Assembly (NCBI GenBank): GCA_051294905.1
Contig: CM119384.1
Location: 4,030,001-4,094,000 of the forward strand
Reading direction: 5' to 3'
Source of the DNA: Botryllus schlosseri
Lineage: Eukaryota
Length of the DNA stretch: 64,000 nucleotides
Of this stretch, positions 23,911 to 35,900 are shown piece by piece. The position numbers and the translations under genes were made by a program. Numbering within the stretch: the first letter of the stretch is position 1; each line of letters starts with the position of its first letter. The notes under the pieces were generated by a model that saw only the letters and a list, made by a program, of their open reading frames with translations, did not search any database and was not told the origin of the DNA.

Positions 23911-26900
23911 GATCAGAGCTAATACATCAGTCAACGGTGACATCGGATTCACCCGCAGAAGCGCTTCAGACTACATCATCGAACTCTTTGCAAAATGAAC
24001 TTCACGACAGGGTCTTGCTAGAAAGCAGTCTCGAAGACGACCTTGCTGATGTTGGAAGTGATGAAGTTTCAGGTCCGGATCATAGCATGAAAAAGATGGA
24101 TATAATAGATTGGATGAAAACAGATTTGGCGTTGGCAATGGAAAGTGCAGTGACTGCGAAAAAACGACGGAAAAGACAAGCTATCAAGGAAGAAGTTATC
24201 ATCCCTGCAAAGGCGCATGATCAACACGAGCAACCTGCCGCACAGATAGCAGATGCGGAACAAGCAAAGAATACACTAGCAAGCCATATGGCAGATGATT
24301 TACAAGCTAATTCAGAGCAAGAATCGCCAAAATATACCGGTCATAACGCGGATATCGAATCAGACGTAGTGCCGGTTAAAGCACAAAAAATCCAAGTAGG
24401 CTTAAATGTAAATGAACTTTTCCTGGAGAAAGCAGCAGACAAGGCTTCTATATATGAAGATAAACCAAGTGAAAATGTCTCAATGGCAGAAGAGACTGGT
24501 CCGGACGCAAATTCTACTGAAAATCTGACAGTTAACACTGTAACCTGTAGCTCATCTTCAGACCAACTCATAGCAGAATGTTCAGAGTCGCAAGATCACG
24601 ACGAAGATATCGCAAAGCAGTCTCCAGAAGCTGTGGCTGGAGAGGAACCTGATATAATCGATCATGTAACTGAAGCATCTGAAATTTCGCATCAGGGCAC
24701 ACATGATGAAAATTTGTGTGCCGACAATGCTGCATCCGCAGAACACCTCTCTTTGCCGGATAAGGAGAGCAGCAGACTATCCAGCGCATCCGACGATAGC
24801 TCGATTGGTGAGGATCAAATGTCTCTGATGCAATTTCTCGAGTCTTTGCCTTCCGCCAAGGCTTTGCGTTCACCTCGTGGGCATCCTAGTCCAAGATTGA
24901 GCAGGCAGATCTCCATCGATTCAATTACAAGCAACGACGCCGTCGTGAATTTACTCGAAGATATGGTCACGAAAGTTGAGGATAACGCTTCCATATCGGC
25001 TGCTGTCGATTCAGCTGTCAGAAAAATAGACGAAACAAATGAGGAGTTTGAGAATTATCCAGCATCGAACATGATATTACCTGAAACTGAAATTTCAGAA
25101 AGCAACGTTGAGCCATCAGCCGCACAGGATGCCTCCAACAGCGTACTTGAAAAAGACAATAAGTCATCAATTGAGGTAAAGGAAATGGAAGAAACAATGA
25201 CATCAATACACGTAAGCGATGTGATGAACCAAATGGAAGGAAATTATGAAACTGAATCTGACAAACAGGATGTTAAAATCGTAGTTGACCATGATTTGCG
25301 TGAAGTATCCGAAAACAAAGATTTACATCAAAAGTGTGGGGACATTAGTAGCTCTGCTGCTGCCGATTCTGGCGTTACTGTTCTTCCATCACCAACAAAC
25401 ACAGATGTGGATAATACAACAACGTCCGACACTGCTAACAGAGATGCAGCTGGCGACAATGTTTCCTTACATTCATTCGAAACTGATGCATTCGCTACAA
25501 CTCAAATTGAATTGGATTCATCGGGAGACGCGGCAACAGCGGAAGAGGGTGTTTTATTCGCAGAGACTGGACGTGTAGAAAATGTGATTGATTATGACGC
25601 AACTGTGGACTATTCTCCTAAACAAACTGTCGATGAAATCGCAGTCGCTTCGGAATTATATCCCGATTCGGATTCGAATGACGGCGCGCCTTTTGAACTC
25701 GAAGATATCGCTAGTTCTATTGATAGCTATGGAAGCTCAAATCCGTCTGCGTATGCCGACTCGTATTTGAGATATGACGAGCTTCTGAACGTGAGCAATG
25801 CCGGCATTTTGCAAGACCCAGAACACATACCCACGATATTGATCACCGATTATGACGAAGATCTCTCGGAAATGACATTGACGAGATATGTGCGACAAAG
25901 CGAAAGCTGGAGTTCTGATTTGTACATTAGCGACGAGGATGAGGTGGAATATAACAGAGAAAGCTCCTGGTCTCGAGATGATACTGAAGATACTGTTAAA
26001 GACGAGGAAACTGTCGATTCGCTACCAGATTCATTACGGCAGTCATCCAGGAATAGCGATTTCATCGATGCCTCAGATTTTCACAGCGTGCCCGACAGTG
26101 AGAATGATTCATCGCACATACCATACGATATTCAAGCAGAATCGTTCACAAAGAACGAGGAAAATATCGATTACACCGAAACACCGCAAAGTGCAGATCA
26201 ATGTACGCGTTCACAGGATTCGCACGTTGAAGATACAACTCCTGTATCTGAAGAATATGATGCAGACGTTGAACAACTGGAGGCAGATATTGAACAAAGT
26301 GTTGATTCACCCGAAGAGCCAAGTGTGATTGATGATGCAGACGCAAGCGAACCAGTTTTTATGCTTGGAAACAATCATTACGTCTCCTACAATGTGGACG
26401 AGGATGATGAAATCGTGATGTATCCTCAGGACTCTTCAAACGTGCCTGATTCACCCATGAATTTTGTACGGAATCTGTATCCAATTGAGGAAGAACATGA
26501 ACCAGACGAGAACCAAACGAGTTTTAAGGAAAACGAGAATCCAGTAGCAGACAACTCGCAAAGTGAGCCATATTATGAAGAGTCAGTCACCGCATATACT
26601 CCTGGCGATAGCCAACGTGGTAAGGAAGGTATGTCAGTAGATGACCAAACACTCAAAGAGAGGTCAATCGATGATATATCACAGAGTAACGTTACTGACA
26701 ATAATGTGATTGAGTCAGTCGTAACATCAGATGCTGTGGGTGGTGGAGATAATAACATGGAAACAGTAAAGTCAGTTGATGGTGAAATGCATAAAATCTC
26801 TACAATTCACGATGTGGAAGTCAAAACTCCACAAGTGGATATTGAGCAAGCGGATGAACAGTCCCTTACCGAACAAACGTCTTTGACTTCACTAAGCGAC

Positions 26901-29900
26901 GAAATACCGCCAGACGATGTGAAAACACAAGCTGATGAAGGAACCACGTTACCTGTTACTGAAGCAGTAGATCCCGTTTCTGTTTGTGACACGACGAAAA
27001 CAAAATTCAGTGTAACCGATGAATTGGAGGATGAAGTCAATATAGGACATTCACAGGCTGATTCACCGTTAGAATCTGTTAAGGAAATCCACGCCGCTAC
27101 TCATGGACAAGAGTTGGAACTTCTAACAGGAGATGAGCTATCACCGACTCAAGAAAACAATTTGAATGAACCAATTCAACAAGAGTCGATAGATCACGAA
27201 GAACATCATAGTGATCCAGACTTTAAAGAAAATGATTCGGACCGTAACACGAAATCTTTGGGTGAATTGATGTTAACGAATACAGAGATTTTCACCGGTG
27301 ATGTAGCTATTCATGCTGAAAAGGGGGTGGTGATTCAAACCCCTGCAGACGAATCAGATGTTGAAACACAAGGAGCAGAACGAACTCATGATATTGAAAT
27401 TGATGGATCGATTTCAAAACATACTTCTGACAATTCCGCAATTGTGACTGTATTACAAACGATAGAACACACTGAAAGCTCAAGTTCCAGAGTAACAGAC
27501 ACGTTGGATTCAGCTGTGCCTCATTCTCTAAATGAAGCAGATAAAGATCCAGAGAAGCTAGAAGAGCAGGTCAATTTCTCGGGATCAACCATTTGGTATG
27601 TGGACGCAATGCATGGTATGAATGAAAACGCAGAAGCACAAAGCTCAGACTTTGTTCTGCCAGATGTCTCAAAGGAGACAATACCTCCAGGCCATGACAT
27701 CGAACAAACAGAGGAAATCAGCGCATCAGAAATGATTGAAAATCAACTGAGCACCGTTACTGATACAAATGAAACACTAAGTAGCAAATTAGCATCGCCT
27801 GATTCTGAATCAGTTGAGAAAGTGACTTTGTATGACATATATCCTGTGGATGCCGAATCAACAATAGATTCTCAAACTGCCAATATTCATGAAGTTGACT
27901 CTCAGAGCAAGAATGTTGATCCAGGGCAGAACGTCGAAGATTCTATTGCATATTCCAGTATGCCAGGTATTGTTCCTCTTGTCTTGTCAACAAACACCCA
28001 GTTTGAGAGTAATCAGCAAACACAAGATACCTTCGCGGACACTGTGCAAAATTCGGAATATCATGAGGATTGTTTTAGAGATGACGAAGTTCAGAAAACA
28101 GTAGCTCCTCAATTTGATCCAGATGGGATTGAGGAAGCAAGCATCGAAATTGGTGGAGCTTCATATAAACAGCCACTGTCATCAACTGACTTTGCCACCA
28201 AGTCACTGATTGAAGAGTTCTCTGAACAGGCGGTGGCGCACGTTGAGTCCAATGTATGTGAAATGTCTGACACATCCACACTTTCAACTGAAGAGACTAT
28301 TACACGGGTTTTGGCTGAAGAGAAAATGCAAGTATCCGAAATGGCTGATACATCAGCACAGTTAGTTGATGAATCCACTGAAAAGTCCTTGACTCAACTT
28401 CAATCGGAAGTCTCTGCTAAGGCTATTACTAATAAGTCCGCCGAACCGGCACGGACTCAAATTGAATCAGAAGTCTCTGAAGTGGCTGATTCCTCCTCAC
28501 CTCTACTTGAAGAATTCACTGAACATGCCTTGACTCAAGATGAATCACATAAATTTGAATTGACTGATGCACACGCGTCGCTAGCGGAAGAGTTCAGTAA
28601 AGAGTCAAAGACTCGAGATGAATCCGAAGTGACTGACATGGCTGATAGATCTATGTCACTGATTGAAGAGTCTGGTGAACAGTCTTCGATTCAAAATGAA
28701 TCACCTAAATCTGAAATTGCGGATAGCTCCAGACCATTGACTGAAGAGTCCACTGAAAAGGTGCAGACTCAACTTGAATCAGAAGTCTCTGAAGTGACTG
28801 ATTCGTCCACCCCACTAACGGAAGAGTCTACTGAAAAGAATTTAACGCAAGAAGAATCACATTTATCTGAAATGGTTGATGCACCCACGCCACCACGAAC
28901 TGAGAAGTTTACTGAACATGATTTGAATCAAGATGAATCACATAGATTCACTCCATTGACTGAAGATTCCACTGAACATGCTTCGACGCAAGTTAAATCA
29001 CATATACCTGAAATATCTGATAAATTTATTTCACGAACTGAAGCGTTCACTGAAGAGGCACGACATCCAGTTGAATCCAAAGTTTCTGAATTAACTGATC
29101 CATCCACACCACCTATTGAAGAGTTGATTGCACAGGTATTGACTCCAGAGGAATCACACGTAGCTGAAATGGATGACACATCCACGCCACAAACTGGGGA
29201 GTCCAGTGAAGAGGTACAGAATCATGATGAATCCAAAGTCTCCGATATGGCTGTTATATTCACGCCATTGATTGAAGATTCCACAGAGCAAGCTTTCGCT
29301 GAAGTTGAACCGGATATATCCGAAATGGGTGATACACTCATACCAAAATCAGAAGAGTGCACGGATGAGACACACACTCAAGTTGAATCCAAAGTCATTG
29401 AGATGACTTTTACGCCCATACCTTCAACTGAAGAATTTCCCGAAGGGGCACAGACTCCAGTCGAATCCAAAGTCCCAGATATGCCCGATACATTCACGCC
29501 ACTAATCGAAGAGTCCGCTGAACACACGCTAAAGCAAGATGAACCAGGGGAATCCGCAATCGATGATGCACCGAGGCTATTAATTGGTCAGTCCGCTGAC
29601 CAGCCTTTGAATCGTGATGAATCAAAGACATTGGATATATCTGATGATGAATCACCAAAGTCATCGATTTCCCCTAGAAGGAAAACAGTGAAAAAGAAAA
29701 AGGCAATGACTGACAAATCTCAGGATATAACAAAGAAGTCGTTGAGAAGGAAAGTTATTAGGAAATCTTTGAAGGATCAAGAAACTACGATCACGGATGA
29801 TCCTGAAACATTAATCAGCACTCATCAAGCATCTCCTGGTACGAATGCTGAACTAAACGAGAACAAAACTCAGGAATATGACACGGAAAAAATGGTGCAA

Positions 29901-32900
29901 GTCGATCTCACGAATGCAACAAAGACTGACACTGCTGTCAAGCTGGCCAAAAGGAAAACCATTAAGAAAAAGAAGGGTAAAGACGAGTCACAAATCAGCC
30001 TATCTAAGAAGAAGATCATAAAGCGCAAGATTCAGAACGAAAGCTCACCTGGAGAACAGGCCTTATTTGCACCTGGATCGACAGAGCAAGCTTCATTTGA
30101 TGGCGAACCAAATGTGCATGCAAGTGATATTTCTGCACCTGAAATCGTTGATACATCAATGCCAGCAAATCAAGAGTCCATTGTGCAAGCTTTGATTCAA
30201 GATGAATTGAAAGTGTCTGAAATGACTTATACATCTGAACCACCAATCGAAGAGCTCAGTGAACACGCACTGCCTCAAGTTGAATCCCAAGTCTCTGAAA
30301 TGATGGCTGTTGTATCCACGTCACTGATTGAAGAGTCTACTGAACAGGTCTTATCATCTCAAGATGAATCGCATATATCTGAAAATGCAGATACATCCAC
30401 GCTACCAATTGAAGAGGCACGGTTTCGAGTAGAATCCGAAGTGACTGATTCATCCACGCTACCAATTGAAGAGGCACGGTTTCGAGTAGAATCCGAAGTG
30501 ACTGATTCATCCACGCCACTGATTGAAGAGTCTGTTAAACAGGCCACAACCCAAGACGAATTGCATATATCTGAAATTGCTGAGTCTGAGTCTACTGAAC
30601 AGGCATTGACTCAAGATCAGTCGCATGTATCTGAAAGGGCTGATATATCCACGCCATCTACTGAAGTGTCTACTGAACAAGCTTCGACTCAAGATGAATC
30701 GCACATATCTGAAATAGCTGATACAATGATTAAAGAATCCATTGAACAAGCCTCGACTCAAGATGAATCGCATGTGTCTGAAAATGCTCGTTCATTCATG
30801 CCGCCACCTTTTGAGTCTAATGAACAGACATCGAATCGTGATGAACTGCATGTATATGATATAGCTGATACATCCGTACCAGTGATTGGAGAGTCCGCCA
30901 AACAGGCATTGACTCAAGATGAATCACATCTATCTGAAATGTTTGATATATCCACGCCACCAACGAAAGAGTCTACTGAACAGAACTTGGCTCAAGATGA
31001 ATTCCATAAGTCCGAAAATGCTGATACAACCACGTCACTGATTAAAGAGTGTATTGAACAGGCCTTGACTCAAGATGAATCGCATATATCTGAAAACGCT
31101 GATAGGACATCCCCGCCCCCTACTAAAGGGTGTACTGAACAAGCTTCGACTGAAGCTGAATCGCGCATATCTGAAATAGCTGATTCATCCACACCACTGG
31201 GTGAAGAGTACGCCAAACGGGCTACGACTCAAGAAGATGAATCGCATATATCTGGAACTGCTGATACATCCACGCAACAAACTGAAGAGGCACAGACTCC
31301 AGTTAAGCCTGAAGTTGCTGATTCATCCACACCACCGATTGAAGCATCCATTGAACAAACCTCGACTCAAGATGAATCGCATGTGTCTGAAAATGCTCAT
31401 TCATTCGTGCCACCAACTGTTGAGTCTACTAAACAGGCATCGAATCATGATGAACTGCATGTATATGATATAGATGATACATCCGTACCAGTGATTGGAG
31501 AGTCCGCCGAACAGGCATTGACTCAAGATGAATCACATCTATCTGAAATGTTCGATATATCCACGCCTCCAGCGGAAGAGTCTACTGAACAGAACTTGGC
31601 TCAAGATGAATTCTATACGTCCGAAAATGCTGATACAACCACGTCACTGATTGATGAGGCTACTGAACAGGCCTTGACTCAAGATGAATCGCATATATCT
31701 GAAAAGGCTGATATATCCACGCCACCACCTACTGAAGGGTCTAGTGAACAAGCTTCGACTGAAACTGAATCGCACATATCTGAAATAGCTGATTCACCCA
31801 CACCACTGGTTGAAGAGTACGCCAAACGGGCCACGACTCAAGATGGATCGCATATATCTGGAACTGCTGATACATCCACGCAACAAACTGAAGAGGCACA
31901 GACTCCAGTTGAGTCTGAAGTTGCTGATTCTTCCACACCACTGAGTGAAGCATCCATTGAACAAACCTCGACTCAAGATGAATCGCATGTATCTGAAAAT
32001 GCTCGTTCATTCATGCCGCCAACTGTTGAGTCTACCGAACAGGCATCGCATTATGATGAACTGCATGTATATGATATAGCTGATACATCCGCACCAGTGA
32101 TTGGTGAGTCCACCGAACAGGCGTTGACTCAAGATGAATCACTTATATCTGAAATGTTTGATATATACACGCCCCCAACGGAAGAGTCTACTGAACAGAA
32201 CTTGGCATACGCGCCACAAACTGAAGAGGCACAGACTCCAGTTGAATCTGAAGTTGCTGATTCATACACACCACTGATTGAAGAATCCATTGAACAAGCC
32301 TCGACTCTAGAGAATTTGCATATATCTGAAAATGCTGATACAATTACTGCACCGACGGAAGAGTCCACTGAGCAGGCCTTGACTCAAGATGAATTGCACA
32401 TATCTGAAAAGACTGATATATCCACCCCACCAACTGAAGAGTCTACTGTACAAGCTTTGGTTCAAGATGAGTCGCAAACATCTGATATAGCTGACACACC
32501 CACACCACTGATTGAAGAATCCATCGGACAGGCCCCGACTCAACATGAATGGTATATATCCGAAAAGGCTGATATATCCACCCCACCAACTGAAGAGTCT
32601 ACTGTACAAGTTTTGGTTCCAGATGAATTGCAAACATCTGAAATAACTGACACATCCACACCACTGATTGAAGAATCCATTGAACAGGCCTCGACTCACG
32701 ATGAATCGTTTATATCTGAAAAGACTGATGTATCCACCCCTTCGACTGGCGTGTCTAATGTACAAGCTTTGCTTCAAGATGAATCGCAAACATCTGAAAT
32801 AACTGATACATTCACACCACTGATTGATCAGTCCACTGAACAGGCCTTGAGCCAAGATGAATCGCATCTATCTGATAATGCTGAAGCATTCATCTCACCA

Positions 32901-35900
32901 ACTGGTGAGTTTACTGAACAGGTCTTGTCTCAAGATGATACATTCACGTCACAAACTGAAGAGGCACAGACTCCAGTTGAATCTGAAGTTGCTGATTCAT
33001 CCACACCGCTAATTGAAAAATCCTCCAAACATGCCTTGACTCCAGATGAATCTTATCTATCTGAGAATGTTGATACTTCGATGTCACCAACTGTTAAGTT
33101 TACGGAAGCGGCCTTGACTCAAGATGAATTGAATACATTTGATAATGCTGATGCAGCCAGCAAAATGGCTCAACATGAATCACTTACATCTGAACAGGCC
33201 GATACAGCCGCACAACAAACTGAAGAGTTCGCTGAAGAGGCGCAGACTCGACTGGAATCCAAAGTCTCTGATATGGATGATACACCTACGCCACATATTG
33301 AGGAGCCCACCAAACATGTGCTAATTCATGATGTACCACTCGAATCTGCAATGGATGATGCATCCAAGCTTATAATTGTCGAGTCCGGTGACAAATCGTT
33401 GAACAAAGATGAGTCAATGACATCAGAGATATCCAAGGCGAGAGAATCGGCTGATGAAGAATCGCCAAAGCCATCATCTCTCCCCAGAAGGATTACAATA
33501 AAAAAGAAAAAGACTACGACTGACAAACCACAGGATGTCACAAAGAAGTCGATCAGAAAGAAAATGATTAAGAAATCAGCAAACGATCAAGAAACTGCAA
33601 TCACAGATGATTCTGAAAACGTAATCAGCATTCATCAAGCATGTCCCGGTATGAATGCTGAACTAAATGAGAACAAAAGTCAGGAATATGAGTCGGAAGG
33701 AACCTTGCAAGTTGATCTCACGAATGCAACGAACACTGACACAGTGGCCAAGTTGGCCAAGAGGAAAACAATTAAGAAAAAGAAAGGTAAAGACGAGTCA
33801 CAATCCAGCACATCTAAGAAGAAGATCATCAAGCGCAAGAAAAATAACGAAAGTGCATCTTCACAGCAGGAATCATTTTCATCTGAATCCACAGAGCAAG
33901 CGTCATTGGATGGTGAGCCATATGTAAATGCAACTGATATATCTGTACCTGAAATGGCCGATGCATCAATGCCAGCAACTGAAGAGTCGATTGCACAACC
34001 TTTGACTGAAGATGAATTGCAAGTGTCTGGAATGACTGTTACATCAGCCCCAACAACTGAAGTGTCTACTGAACAGTCACAGCCTCAAGGTGAATCGAGG
34101 AGTTCTGAAATGCCTGATATATCCACGTCACTGATTGAAGATTCTACTGAACGGGACTTGACTCAAGATGAATCGCATATATCTGAATATGCTGATACAT
34201 CCACGCCACTCATTGTGGAGTCCACCGACAAGACCTTGAGTCAAGATGAGTCAGATATATTAGAAAAGGCTGATACATCCATACCACCAACTGGTGAGGC
34301 TACTGAACAGACTTTGACTCAAGATGAATTGCAGATTTCTGAAATAGCTGATAGATCCACGCCACTGGTTGAAGAGTCCGCCGAGCAGGACTTGACTCGA
34401 GATGAATCGCATATATGTGAATATGCTGATACATCCACGCCACCAACTAAAGAATTCACGGAAGAGATTGTGAACCAAGTTGAATCGCATGTAACTGAAA
34501 TTGAGGATACGAATACGGCAATGATTGGAGGGTCCATTGAACAAGTATTGACTATAGATGAACCACAAGCATCTGAAATGGCTGATACATCAACTCCAAC
34601 AATAGAAGAGTACTCGGAACGGGCTTTTTCCCAAGAGGATTCACAATTATCCGAAATAGCTGGTACGTATATATCTGCAACTGAAGAGTCCACTGAACAG
34701 GCTATGACTCAAGGCGAACCTCAAGCACATGAAATAACTGACACATCAGCTGTAACAACTCAAGAGTACTCGGAACATGCTTTGCCTCAACAGGATTCAC
34801 AATTAACTGAAATAAGCGATACATCCACACCTGCAACTGAAGACTCCGTGGACCAGGCTCTGATTCAAGATGAGATAAAGTCGTTGGAATCATCCAAAAC
34901 AACAGAGTCCACTGATGATACACCACAAAAGCCATCGCCAAGAAGAGTGACAATTAAAAAGAAGAAAACTGCAAGCACTAAACAACAGGATATCGCAAAG
35001 AAGTCGATCAGGCGAAAAGTTATAAAAAAATCGGCAAAAGACCAAAAAATTACAATCACAGAAGATTCCGAAATAGTAAGCAATCAAGAATCTTCATCAA
35101 GCAACGCCGAGTTAAACGAAAACACAATTCAAGGATGTGACTCGGATGGTAGTCAGCAAAGGCCCGAAATAGATGATACAATCGGACCAAGTTCTGACTC
35201 TACGTATAAGATGATCACTGAATGTGAACTGTCTATTCCGCCTGTAGAGGACAATGCATCGAATTGCGAATCGGCTATCGCTGACCCTCATCGTGAATTA
35301 GTAGCTGACGAAGGCCCTGGCGTACTTGATTCTGCGTCTGAATACGCAGGAGACGGACTGTTTACGTCTGATATACCCCAATCTCTGCCATTGTATTCAA
35401 CCGATCATGCCACAATGGCGAATGAAACACCGACATTAATTTTAACGTCTCCGTCAAACACAGAAACCGAAATAAAAGCCGAAGTTTCTATATTTGAAAA
35501 GAAAACCAAGAAGTCCAGAAGGAAGAGTCTGATTCGAAGGAGAATCTCCGGCGCAACAGACGAGACGTCAAGTAACGATGGTGTTCTCGAATCGTCGGAA
35601 GATAATCTATCAGATAAAGAGGGCTTTTCCTATTATTCAGCAGCAGAGGAACTCGAAAATCTATCAGAAAGCGGTGATGTCGCAGACCACAGCGTAGAAT
35701 TCGATACAGAAACACTTGCCGGTGATGCCGTAAAGGATGAAAATGAGTCCAAACCTGATACAATTGGTGGAGCCGCTTTGGAAGAGAAAGACTTGAATAT
35801 ATCAACGCCTGTAGTGGATCAAGCATCGGATGATGACCGATCTCAAACACAGGTGAAAAAAATTACAAAAAAGTCAAAGAAAACTGTCAAATCAGTCAAA

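Noticed and set aside
23937-23939. GTG start of the 4660-aa ORF (and GTG 1573 of the 1086-aa ORF)
   Set aside because: Both frames stay open back to canonical splice acceptors; they are exon interiors, not start codons.
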